From: Lama glama
Taxonomy: Eukaryota
Direction: 5' to 3'
Assembly (NCBI GenBank): GCA_028534125.1
Contig: CM052818.1
Coordinates: 18,726,001 to 18,790,000, forward strand
DNA length: 64,000 nt
Positions 41,165 through 53,490 of this stretch are shown in pieces. A model generated the notes under the pieces. The model did not search any database and was not told the origin of the DNA. It was given only the letters and a program-made list of their open reading frames with translations. How positions within the stretch are numbered: position 1 is the first letter of the stretch; the number at the start of each line of letters is the position of its first letter. The translations under genes were made by a program, and so were the position numbers.

Positions 41165-41330
41165 TACCCCCAGCAGACATTTGGCAATGCGTGGAGACAT
41201 CTTTAGTTTTCATGACTGCGTGGGGAGGACTAGTGGGTAGATGCCAGGGATTCTGTTAAATATCCTACAACACACCAAACAACCACAAAGAATTATTCAG
41301 CCCAAGATGTCGAGGTTGGGAATCTCTGAC
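41165..41330. mobile_element. MER20-like hAT MITE
   Basis: gacatttggcaatgcgtggagacatc; caaagaattattcagccc. Confidence 0.75.
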
Positions 41331-41363
41331 TTAAATGAACAAACTGTTTAACCCTCTCTGTAG

Positions 41364-41649
41364 TGTAAAATTAATTAGACCAGGAAGCATTAGGCTGAGG
41401 TGGTCTACGGAAGCAAACCAAAACCTAAGCCTCACGGTTACAAATCGAAGCCTAAGGACAGCCAATCACGCAACTAGGTTATAAGCTATAGCCATGAATA
41501 AATTCCTTACTTTGCTCCTGGTGTTTTCTCTATAAAAGTTTGCCTCCAGCTCCCATCTCTGGAGTGCTTCTAACTGCTCTGCCTAGTTTGAATGAATTTT
41601 GCTCAAATAAGTTCTTAAATTTTAATATGCCTCATTTTATCTCTTAACA
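41364..41649 (+). mobile_element. ERV solo-LTR-like element
   Basis: TG...CA ends; CCAAT (agccaatca), TATAAAA and a degenerate polyA signal in LTR order. Confidence 0.6.
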
Positions 41650-41729
41650 GTTCAAAAACACCAAAAGATAGTTTACACTGCGAGACTCTTCAAAATCTTT
41701 GCCTCCAAACACTTGCCTTGCTGTGCCAT

Positions 41730-42234
41730 TGTTGGGCTCCACCCCGCAGGCCGGCAAGCCCTATACTCGCTCAGCCTCAAGAGCAAAGAAAGTGCCCGGA
41801 GTCAGTGACAGAGACATCAATGGTTTGATAGATAGGGAGATCTTACGTATCTGAAGCAAGGCCTTGGAGCGACACCCCACCATGTGCGGTGGACTGTGGG
41901 CAGGACACAGTGGCAGTCTTTGCTCCTGGTGGAGATGGGGAGGTTACCAATTATAGGGGAAATTGATGTCAGGTTGGTTCATCGGTTGCCAGGGTAACCA
42001 GCAGAGAGGCATGTCTCTCACTGCCCTTTTGATAAAGTATGCAGTAGAAACAGTTCTGATCTAAGGATTAGATCACCAGCTGAGGCCAGTAGCAAGTACA
42101 TAGGCATTTACTGATTGGGCGCTAGGATTAAGAGGGAAGACTGGTCAGATGAGTAGGGTGTAGGTGAAACAGGGACTGGGTGAGCAGGGCACCTACACAG
42201 AGCAAGAGAGCCATCTTGAGGCTCTGATCATACA
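41730..42234 (-). mobile_element. ERV solo LTR, copy 1
   Basis: TG...CA termini; 5-bp flanks gccat/tccat; colinear with 62451-62919. Confidence 0.8.
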
Positions 42235-42757
42235 TCCATAAATCCTAAACTATTACAATATGGTCCTCCCTGAATTCTAGTCAAGTCTTGGCATTGAAAT
42301 ACCCACCTTCAACCAGCCTTTACCCTCCCTCCTCCAGGATGTTCCTACGACTGGTTTGGCCTCACCATGGTGAGAATAATTGGTCTTAAAGATCGTTTTG
42401 GCAACCATTCCAAGGAGCCAGTGCCCCACAGGTGTCTTTCCTGCATCACCTGGTTGTAGGGTCTGCTGCCTACAAGTCTTCATTCCTGTGTGGGAGGGTG
42501 AGGAGGATGGGGAGCGAGCCCCATGTCTCCGGGAATGGGCCCAGCCCCACAGAATGGGCACGAGCCTTCCTCACAGCCTCTCTGCCCATGTGTTCAGACT
42601 GTGCAGCTCCACGAAGATCCAGACCACAAAACAGGAGACGTGGGTCCTATCTCTGACTTTCCAGGTAGCGCACTGGGAGATCCCTGGCAGGCCTCTCAGC
42701 CCATGCCCACAGATGAGGATCCCCACATGGATGGGATACAAACTGCAGGGCACTCTG

Positions 42758-43257
42758 NNNNNNNNNNNNNNNNNNNNNNNNNNNNNNNNNNNNNNNNNNN
42801 NNNNNNNNNNNNNNNNNNNNNNNNNNNNNNNNNNNNNNNNNNNNNNNNNNNNNNNNNNNNNNNNNNNNNNNNNNNNNNNNNNNNNNNNNNNNNNNNNNNN
42901 NNNNNNNNNNNNNNNNNNNNNNNNNNNNNNNNNNNNNNNNNNNNNNNNNNNNNNNNNNNNNNNNNNNNNNNNNNNNNNNNNNNNNNNNNNNNNNNNNNNN
43001 NNNNNNNNNNNNNNNNNNNNNNNNNNNNNNNNNNNNNNNNNNNNNNNNNNNNNNNNNNNNNNNNNNNNNNNNNNNNNNNNNNNNNNNNNNNNNNNNNNNN
43101 NNNNNNNNNNNNNNNNNNNNNNNNNNNNNNNNNNNNNNNNNNNNNNNNNNNNNNNNNNNNNNNNNNNNNNNNNNNNNNNNNNNNNNNNNNNNNNNNNNNN
43201 NNNNNNNNNNNNNNNNNNNNNNNNNNNNNNNNNNNNNNNNNNNNNNNNNNNNNNNNN
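42758..43257. other. Assembly gap (500 N)
   Basis: Run of N. Confidence 1.
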
Positions 43258-43568
43258 CACGAGCCTTCCTCACAGCCTCTCTGCCCATGTGTTCAGACTG
43301 TGCAGCTCCACGAAGATCCAGACCACAAAACAGGAGACGTGGGTCCTATCTCTGACTTTCCAGGTAGCGCACTGGGAGATCCCTGGCAGGCCTCTCAGCC
43401 CATGCCCACAGATGAGGATCCCCACATGGATGGGATACAAACTGCAGGGCACTCTGAAGATTACAGAGGCAAGAAATGGCCCCCACCATTCGCCCAGTGA
43501 GTTCCAACTCCTTGGCCTGGCTCATTTAAAAACAATTGAAAAATAGAGAAAAGAAAGGAAGAAGTTAC

Positions 43569-43614
<46 letters not shown>
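43569..43614. repeat. (TA)n microsatellite
   Basis: Direct reading. Confidence 0.97.
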
Positions 43615-43619
<5 letters not shown>

Positions 43620-44460
43620 CTTGGAGGCATTTACCCAAGAGAAATGAAAACATATGTCCACAAAAAGATTTATACAAAAACATTCATAGCAGCTTTTTTC
43701 TTAGTAGCCTAAATTGGAAACAATTCAGATGTCCAGCAACAGGAGTGTGTATAAGCAAATTGTGGTGCAATGGAACACAACTCACCATAAAAGGAACTGG
43801 CAACAATGTGGATGAACCTCAAAAACATGCTGAGTGCAAAAAGCTATACACAAAAAGTACACATTGTACATTTCTATTTTATGTGAAATTCTAGAATAGG
43901 CAAAACTTATTCATGATGAAAGAAAGAAATCAGAGCAGTGGCTGGGGGTGAGGGTAGAGTTAACTGAAGGCTCAGGAGGAAACTTTCTGAGGTGATAGCA
44001 GTGTTCTCTATCCTGAAAAGTATGGGGTTACCAGGTGTATATATTTACTGAAACGCACTGAACTGTACACTTGATACCTGCGCACTTGACTATATATAAG
44101 GACAAGCCTAAGTGAGAAAGTAGTGAGGGGGAGTAGAAGAAATATCTACAAAAAGGCAGTTTTATGTTCAAGGAAACTTGAACGTAGACTGTATGAGCAT
44201 TTAGATGACTGCAAGGGGTTTTTAGATGTGATAATGGTGTGTGGTCATGTAAGAAAATGCCCAGTTTTTAGAAACGCTCACTGAAGCATTTAGGGCAAAG
44301 TGACATGATGTCTGGATTATAATATTTTAGAAAAAAAGCTGCTAAGAAATGAATAGGATACATAAAGCAAGAGTGACAAAATCTTGGTAACTCCAGAACC
44401 TGGATGGTCTAAGTAACTGAAAATATTGTTCTCTTCTATTTTTGAAGACTTTTGTAATAA
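43615..44460 (+). mobile_element. Old L1 3' ends
   Basis: ggcatttacccaagagaaatgaaaacatatgtccacaaaaag; aaattctagaataggcaaaact. Confidence 0.8.
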
Positions 44461-44813
44461 AAAATTGAACTATCCTAGGTGAGCAAAGAGAGAATATAAT
44501 ACCCACAACATAAAAGCAGAAAGTATATGGAAGCTGAAATATTCTTTTTCCTTATCAGACCAGGGGTCAATTTTCCCTTTTTTTCTGCCTTGGCAGATTT
44601 TTCACTGTGGATTAAAATTCACGCATTCCAAGATCATAATTATGAATGGATTATAATAGTCACTTATTTCATATTTCAATCAACAGTTATTGAAAAATAA
44701 CCATTCATATGCCCCTTTGAGAATGTCCCAGAAGTATCCCCTACACCCAATTATTTTCTCCTCCCGAGGAGTCGCTGGCTCCGGTTTTTTCTGCCTGGTA
44801 TAATCTCACGTTA

Positions 44814-44827
44814 CCAGCAGGGGGCGC
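44814..44827 (+). promoter_or_regulatory. Candidate CTCF binding site
   Basis: CCAGCAGGGGGCGC matches the CTCF core consensus; surrounded by locally retained CpGs in non-repeat DNA. Confidence 0.7.
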
Positions 44828-46041
44828 GCCCTAATCGAATTTGTTTAGGAAAGATAAAGTCAGAAGACAGTCTGAATGGCTGGTTATGAGTCTTTTGGCG
44901 CGCCTATGACCAGTGTTTGTAATTGTTTAGGGACGTCTCTAGTGACCTCATCCCACTACACCTGAGTCTTTCTGAGGAAACAATTAGCCTGTTTGAACAG
45001 AACACGTACGGCAAATTAGTGACTGGAAAATTACTAAGTCATTCTACAGGAAGCGTAAGGACATCCGGTATTCCCTCGAGGCTTAGAGTTAGGGTGTGGA
45101 CCATTCTTCCTCACCTGAAGGCTGGGAAAAGAGACTAGTCAGCCCTCACCACAGGGTGCAGCCCCTCCTTTGTCCTGGGTAGGCTGGGCTGGCAGAGTAG
45201 GAACAAGGCGGGTCTTTCTAAGCAGGGCTTCCATGGTACAGATGAGGGGGCTTCTCTGGCTCCCAGCCTCCTGAGCCATGAAATGCAGCCTTTGGAAGCC
45301 TCCGTGCTGGAGAAGTCTCCAAAGAGGTCATGCCATGTGCTCCAAACTCTGGGAGCTGACTCTCCAGCACATCCTAGGCCCTCTGGTTCCTTCTGGCCTT
45401 GTGCCGAGAGACCAGTGGGTTCCAGGCCGCATTCCTGCTCCATGAGCAAGGCCTCAGAGGACACGGCCCTCGAAGGAGAGGATGAGAACGGAGGACTTGC
45501 TCTCTCTCAACTGCAGATTTGATCCTACTCTCCGCTCAAGTAAACCCTTCAGTGAGAGTGGGCAGCTCCTGACAGCTCCCTGTGGCTTTCAGAGTGAGGA
45601 ACAGATCCTTGTCATAGCCTGCAAGGCGGGCACAATTGGCCCCTTCCTACCTCAGTCTCATCCTGACCACCCCCCCACAATGTTCCTGCAGTCCAGTCGG
45701 CAAGGCCTTTGGTTCCTGGGCTGCCCTGTTGTCACCAATACTTTGCTTGCTTTACCCAATACTCTCCTCTGCCCCCTCCCCACGGCCCCTCCACTCTCCT
45801 AGCTGAGTGCCTCCTGTAAGAATTCTATGGACCTCAAGCTTTTCCTGCAGAGCTTTGCCACAAGACATAATCCCATGCTTCTGATCCCTCCACCAGACTC
45901 TAAGCAACTTGTAAAGTATTTCCATAATACGTTTTGAAAAGTTAAAAACACTTCATATGCCCATCACTACCCCAGGGTTGAACCCGTAAGTGAAGATACT
46001 AAAGGCTTCTATCTGACCCCCAATCCCCAAAACCCCAAGGA

Positions 46042-46108
46042 GACATAGAAGCAACCTAAGTGTCCATCATCAGATGAAAGGATAAAGAAAATGTGGCATA
46101 CACACACC

Positions 46109-46154
<46 letters not shown>

Positions 46155-46700
46155 ATGGAATACTATTCAGCCATTAAAAAGGAAGGAAATCCTGCTATTT
46201 GCAACAACATGGATGAACCTTGAGGCCATTATGCTAAGTAAGATAAATCAGACAAACACAAATATTGTACAATCTCACTTATATATGGAATCATTAAAGA
46301 AACAACCTCATAGAAAAAGAGTTCAGATCTGTAGTTACTAGAGGTGGGGTGGGGTGGGGGAAAAGGAGTGATTGGATGAAGGGGTCAAAAGGTACAAACT
46401 TCCAGTTATAAGATAAATAAATACTAGGGATATAATGTACAACACAAAACCTAGAGTTAATACTGTTGAATGGTACATTTGAAAGTTGTTAAGAGAGTGG
46501 ATCCTAAAAGTTCTTATCACAAGGAAAAAAAATTTTGTTTCTCTTTTTTTTTTGCATCTACATGAGATGATGGATGCTCATTAAACTTACTGTGGTGATT
46601 ATTTCATAATGTGTGTAAGTCAAGTCAGTGTGCTATACACCTGCAACTCATACAGTGCTGTATGTCAATTATATCTCAATAAAAATGAAAGAAAAACAAG
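46042..46700 (+). mobile_element. 5'-truncated L1 3' end with (CA)n at 46099-46153
   Basis: EILLFATTWMNLEAIMLS peptide; TSD aaaaccccaagga (46029-46041) / aagaccccaagga (46701-46713). Confidence 0.9.
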
Positions 46701-47379
46701 AAGACCCCAAGGAAGGAGGCACCAGAGTGAAGAACGTGGGAACAAGGACCTTCCAGAAGCCCCCAGACCCCACCACTGGGGCAGCTGTCTTCTCTCCCTG
46801 TGGGCAAAGCTGATGGATCCTAGCCTGGGATCAAGGGACATCAGAGCTTAAGAGAGGAAAAGCAATGGCTGAAAAGACAGAGCTGAGGAATGTCACAGAA
46901 AAAATAATAATCAGCCTGCTCAGAGCCCAGAGTCCAGAAGACCCCCTCGGTGCCCCACACTCAGAGCTGCTTCTCCTTCCACAGTGGTACCAGTTTCTCC
47001 CTGCCTCAGGCCTTTCCAGCAGAACCGTCACCAGAGGGGACCTCAGATGAGAAGGGAACTCCACATGAGAATTACGTTCTGGTCACCATTCATTTATATG
47101 TTTGTGTGTTCACTGAACAGATACCAATGGGGGCAGTGTGTGCCAGGACGAGGGTGGGTGCTGGAGGTGCCCCGAGGAGCCCACAAACAACCATCTGGTG
47201 GGGAAGGTGGGGAGTAGGAAAATCACTGTGATACAACAGAGGCACTTCAGTCATCACAGGCACAAAGAGGCCCTTGTGCCAACACAGAGGTTAAGAATCT
47301 GGACCTTTCGTGAATGAAGAGGAGGAAAGGGCCACGCTGAAGGAAGGTGTCCAGACGAGGTGGGCCTTCGGAGACTCAG

Positions 47380-48740
47380 TCAGCCCGTCAGCCAGTAAAT
47401 GCTTCCTGAGTGCCTGGCGTGTCGGGCACTGTTCTGGGCACTGGGATGCATCAGGGAAGAAATGGTCAAAAATCCCTGCCCTCACGCAGGTGGAATTCTA
47501 GCGGGGGCGGGGGTGGTGGAGCACAGAGCATGAACAATCAATACAATCAACACGTAGATTCAAGAGCGGGTTAGAATGCTGTGTGGGAAAACAGGACAGC
47601 TGAGAAGGGGAAAGAGTTTCTGGTGAGGTGGTCAGGCTCATTGAGGAGGTGACATTTGAAGAAGGACTTCCAGGCAGAGAAGGAATCAAGGAACCAGCAG
47701 CTCCCCCGGCACTGGTATGTGGGGCAGGTTTTCCAGGTGCAGAGAGCAGCCAGGGTCAGTGCCTGAAATGAGAACGTGTGAGAATGAGGAAGGTGAGGAG
47801 GCCCGTGTGGCTGGATCAAAGGGGAGGGAAGTAGGAGATGGGGTCGGATTGCAGGGGGCCTTGCAGGCAGTCGTGACAACTTCGGCTTTTACTCTGAGGG
47901 AACTGGGTCACCACCAGAGCAGTGGTGTGCTGCTCAATTGCGTTTCTAAAAAAGGAGCCTTGATTTTTTAGCATCTGCCAATTTTGGTCGTATAAATACC
48001 CCCACCATGGCCTCTTCTAAGCTACCAAGGTGACACTACACTGAACACAGAAGGGAAGGCTTGGGAGGGTGGCTTCTCACCGGCTCGGACCAGCTCCTCC
48101 AGCCCCCACTGTCATGGAGGGTTTTGAGCAGAGGTGTGACATCATCTGACTTGTGTTTTAAGAAGGTCACTCTGAGAGCACCCATAGGTGGGTGGGAGGG
48201 CAAGGGCCAAAGCAGAGGGGACACTTTGGAAGCTAGCGCCAAGATCAAGGTGAGAGAGGTGTTCCCGGAAACCTGCAGAGGTGGAGTGAGTGGTAGACAA
48301 ATTCTGGGTGTATTCTGAAAGAGGCAGATTGAAATCCACCTGGGCTTTTTGGCAGGCTGGATGTGGAGTGTGAGAGAAAAAGCAGTACAGGATGGTTTAG
48401 TGGAAGGTTTGTGCGGGAATGAGAGGAAAGGCATTCCAGGCACAGAGAACAGCGTGTGAAAGCCATGTTGTATGCATACATTGGGGAAAAGAAACAAGGA
48501 GGGGATGGGGTGAGTGAACCAGATATGTGAGCAGAGGCTGTGGACAGGGCTGAAGAGGGTCCCAGCCACGTGCACCCTACGAAGGAGCCAGGACTTGGGC
48601 CATAGCCAGGGGAGAGCTACTCATGGGGTTTTAGCAGAGAAGTATGTGCTTAAGTTCATAATATTCAAAAGTAACTGGAGAAGCTGGAGGCAGCAAGACC
48701 AGTTAGGAAGCTGCAGCATCAGCCCAGAAGAAAGAGCAAG
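47380..48740 (-). mobile_element. L2 element interrupted by a hAT MITE
   Basis: gggcactgttctgggcactggg; ggaggtgacatttgaa; ggagggttttgagcagagg. Confidence 0.8.
47920..48111. mobile_element. MER63-like hAT MITE (related fragment at about 39116-39230)
   Basis: Terminal inverted repeats CAGTGGTGTGCTG / CAGCCCCCACTG. Confidence 0.7.
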
Positions 48741-50908
48741 AGCTTCATCTGGACAGTGGTGGTGAGGCTGGAGAGAAGAGGAAGGAGGAAAGAGAGCCTG
48801 ACGGCCACAGCACCGGGTCCGAGGCCAAGCTTGCACATGGACTGTGGAGCACTGTGGGCATTCCATACCTGTTCGTTCAGTAAATTAACTCATCAGCTGA
48901 CTGATGTGAGTCTTATCCTTACAAACCTCCTCCCAACCCCCACTTATCTCCCAAACTAAAATGTCTTTTTCAGAGGACAAATAAATATATAAAATACTGT
49001 TTAAATGCACATGTTCCTGTGAGGGAGCTGAAAAGTCCTCACTGTTGATCCAGTGGGTGGCTGCATGGGTGTGCCTGCGGAAGGATTCCTCAACCTGAGC
49101 TGGGCACATCTGTGCACTCACTGGGTGTATGCACACACACACACGCGCGGGCCAGGACTCACTCTGCCATGTCAGTGACAGAGCTCGGTGCCCTTCCTTA
49201 GACTGAGCCCTCATTTCCAGGAGGGAGGAGCGGCCAGGAGTACTGGGTGAGAACAGAAGTCGCCGACAGAGCACGAGGAACTATGAACTTCACCTGCTTG
49301 TTTGCTGTTGAAAATCCAGGTGGCTGTGGTGTTCTTTCAGCTTGAGTCACACCTTAGGGAAGGTGTATGTGATGGGAGGAGAAAGGACAGGGTCCATTCT
49401 TGTGGCTGACACAAGACAAAGACACCCTGAGCCCAGATTTGTCTCTTAACAAAGCTGTGTGGTTACCATCCCGCGATGTCATTTTTTATAGTACGGTGAA
49501 GCTCTGGTCGCCAGTCTCCTGGTCCGTCTATTCCAGAAGAAACAGGCTCTTTCCATCCTTCAAATTGCTTCCCACCCCCACAAATGGCTTCTCTTCTTTT
49601 CCGTGTCCAGGGCACACGTGTATTTCTTCCACAAGGCCTTTGTGGACAGCACCTCCAGCCACAGACCCGTAGACTGTTACAGACGGCCCATAAAGCCCAA
49701 ACCTCACCTACTCCAGACTCAGTTATTACTTCCTCAAGGGCAGTTCCCTGGGGGAAGGTTTCATTCTGGTAAGGTTTGTTTTCTTAGTTAGCCTGCAAGT
49801 GTGAGTTCAGGGGCTGACCTAACTGGGGCTGGACTCCCAGAGGCTCTCAGGGACACTCACTGTTCTCAGATAATGACCCCAAAAAGGAAACAAGAGAAGG
49901 CCCCCTTTCGTGCTCAGACTGTGAAGAGTGTATCCATCCACGTCCACCAGAGTTGGAGTCTCTGCAAGAGAACCAGAAGAGTATGTATGTGTGTGTTTTT
50001 GCTGGTGTAAACACATTAATAACTGTCATCTGTTACATGCCTACTGAGGACCAAGAACTTGATATTCTCAGTGAATCCTCAAAATAGCCCAGCCAGGAAA
50101 GTGTTACTATGGGACTTCTGATTAATAAATCTGTTACACACTAGTCATGGGAATGACATGAGACTTTCTGATTCATTTTCTTTTCAGAGATATTTGACAA
50201 TTTTTACAGATAGGTCAAATTTTTCCCACTTTACCACTTTTATGGGATTACACTGTCTGTAATTTGGACTAACATGCATGACGACCAAGCCTAATCAGAG
50301 AAATAAATATACACTTCTGCATTTAAACATTTTTAACAAATAGTATAACTCATGAACAGCTCTAAGTCAAGTGATTTTATTAAAAGAAAATGCTCACTTA
50401 AGTAACTGTTAGGTCATATAAAATAAATCGAGTGAAAAGCAAAATAATAATAATAACAATGCCCATTACAAATGGGTATTTGGTAAGCATTTGTCCTAAA
50501 CTTTCCCTTAAGGATACAAATTACTAAGTGTCTGAAACTCAGGGAAGTAAAAGGACTCACCCAGGGTCACACAAGCTTGATCTCCAGACTCCCTTTGTTT
50601 ACCTCTTGGCAGACAGAGAAAATCATGCAAGAAATACAGGCATCTCGTCTCTGCCCTCCATGTGGGCATGGGCTGGGACTTGGGTTCCTTGTAGTTCAGG
50701 CTGGAAATCCCCAGGAAACAGTCACCGTAAACTAACGCTAAGCTAGGAGCAAAAGAGGATGAATCTTTCAGAAGATGCTGTTCCAGAGCTCACGCCAGGC
50801 ATGTTGCTGACTGATTCCCACTTCCTTTCTGGACCTGAGCACATTTTACAATAAAGGGTTTGAAATGAATGAAGAGTCCAAACCCTAGCCAGAAAAGAGC
50901 CTCAGACA

Positions 50909-51118
50909 AAAAGAATCTGAAAAAGAATACAATATATGTATAACTGAATCACTTTGCTGCACACCTGAAACTAACACATTGTAAAGTAACTATACTTCAA
51001 TTTTAAAAATGGTTAAAAATTTTGAAAACACATTAAATTATAATTATGTTGCTTACTAGCAAGAATAAAAAAGGATTTTGCATGATTGATAGAAAGAATA
51101 AAATACAAATTTTTTTTA
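50909..51118 (+). mobile_element. Very short L1 3' end plus extra downstream sequence within one TSD pair
   Basis: tgtataactgaatcactttgctgcacacctgaaactaacac matches the 3' end of the L1 at 24900-24985; TSD 50893-50908 / 51119-51134. Confidence 0.85.
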
Positions 51119-53039
51119 AAAAGAGCCCGAGACAGTCATGGGGTGGTCATCAGGCAAACACTTCATTTACCACATCCTTAGAAATGACGATACCTTTGCC
51201 AGTTTGGTTTCTGTTGTCCTGGCAACAAGCCATCTCTAAACAGTCCTTGTCCTGGCCAAAGGGCCGGGGCAGGAATTTTGATCAAGATATAGTCCAACCT
51301 GAGCTGAAAGTTGGTTGAGATTTATCTGGGGAGAAGGTGAAGGTTTTAACTGCCCTGCAAAGATTGTTTATACTTGTTTGTTTTACTCTCTCTTACTCCT
51401 TCGGGTATTCGAGAAAGCGGGCCCAGCCCCTGCTACAGTTCTACCCACAGAGAAGGCATTCAAGCCACATTGGATGGAATGAAGTGACATGATTTTAAGG
51501 AGGTCATAACATTTTTTTTCCTCAGTTGTTTCACAGATGAGGAAACAAAGAAAGGTTAAATTCCTTGCCCCAAATTAGAAAGCGTCTCAACCACTGAGCC
51601 CAGTCCCAGAGCTCCTGACTGTCATCTGGTCCAGAAGAGCCCAGTGGCCTGTGGTTTGCTCAGGGTTCTCCGTCCCCTTGCTTTGCCTGCGCCAGGCTCC
51701 ATAGGAGACACTGCCGCTTTGTGTCTCCTTCCTTGGCACAAGATGAAATCAGGTGGTCCCCATTCTTCCTGCTCCACTCTGCCAAGTTTATCTGAACACA
51801 TTTCCTGTGCACAAAGCCAGCTCACCAATTATCTGCTCCAATTAAGGAGTGTGAGCTGTGGTTAAATCAGTCACTCCAGTGGGGTGACCAGGGCGAACGG
51901 TGGGCTGGCCACACTGGCTGCAGGTCCCCTCTGTGTCCCTTGCTGTGCTGCTTCCCCTGGCACCCCTCCTACCCCCAGATGGCCTCTGTGGTTTCTTCAC
52001 TTCCCCTCTCATTCTTTCTGAGTCCCTGGAGTTCCAGAATTGTGTCTTGCCCTACCTCCTATCTCTGTCAACAGAATTCTGTCCTAATTCTGTGTCCTCT
52101 GATAAACTAATGTATAGAGTTGCCAGTGGTAGATCATGGATTAACACTTAAATCTCTCAGAGATAATTAACCATCAATTGACCTTGCACATGAGGCATCT
52201 TCTGCATTTATGTCCAAAGCCAGGCTTGCTACAGATGAATGTGAAAATCATGCCTATTTTGCTTTGATGTACAAACGCCAAACACTCAGCTCTCTCTTGC
52301 CAGCCCTTTCTGCTTCTTAGCACTAAAGCAAAGAAGGCAGACAAAGGCTGAGTGTGTGTTAGTCTGATCAGACAGGACAATGGGCACTGTCAAGACCAGT
52401 GCCCTCCTCTCTGCTTTACGGGAACAAATGTTATGACCCTGAGATGAAATGTAGAGAAAATACAACCCACGTATTCATACCTTCTTAACAATAAAATCAG
52501 CATAATGCTTTGACTAAAAAGATTCAAAGAAGAAATAAAAGGGAAGTAATTTGTATAACGTAATATGGATTTCAATATGGAAAAACTTGGGGCCAACTAC
52601 CTTAGATAAAATGAAGAAGTCAAATGTTGTAATTAGTCATAGATTCACCATGAATGGGACAACTATAAATGTAGATCAATACAGTTGTATCATGTTGCAA
52701 ACAACTAGTGTTGTGAACAAATCCTAGTAAAGTTCCAAAACACAAAGTCCAAGATTTCTTTCCTTTACGTGGCAGTTGCATTCCTGGAAAAATTAGGTGT
52801 ATCTGAATCCATGCGAAAAAAAAAAGCCCCACATTTTATTTATATGTACAATATAGTTATGGCACAGGTAATTTTAAGCATTTTTATTGGTTTAAATCTA
52901 CATGAGCATCTGAGATGGATGTCTCAGGCTCTTGTCTACTAAACACAAGTAGTGCCATTTATTGTGACAACAAAAAACAACCCCCCAAAAGCTCCTAGTG
53001 GGTAGTACTGTGCCCTTCACTCCATAAAAAGTCAACCCA

Positions 53040-53490
53040 TTAGTAATTATGTTTGGCTTCTGCTAACAGAATCCTTAAGGACTTAAACAAGGTAGGGATT
53101 CGGTTTTCTCTCAAGTGAAACAAATCTGGAACAGACAGTCTAGGGCTGGTTTTTCTAAGTCTCTTATCCTTTCTGCTCTAACATTCCTAGTATTGATTTC
53201 CATCCTTAAATTAATGGTCACAAAATGGCTGCTGGGGCTCCAACTATTGTGTCTGTGATCTAGGTAGGAAGAAGAAAGAAGGAAAGACATCAGGAAGAGC
53301 AAAGCCACACAGTAGATGAATAAATCTCCTTTCAGAATGTTTCTGGAAGTCTTGCCCAACAACTCCCTTTATTTCTCATTGGTTACCCCTATTCTCAAAA
53401 CCAGCCTGGAAATGTAATTTTTTAGTTAGATGCTTTGCTGGGTTCCATAGTGAGAAAGCAGGAGTGAGTGGACATTTGGTAGGCAGACAG
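53040..53490. mobile_element. Old MaLR LTR (MLT1-type)
   Basis: atggtcacaaaatggctgctggggctcca; ctggaaatgtaatttt. Confidence 0.65.

Noticed and set aside
42380..43546. Longest ORFs in the track (213-388 aa)
   Set aside because: They read through 500 Ns and a duplicated overlap; artefacts
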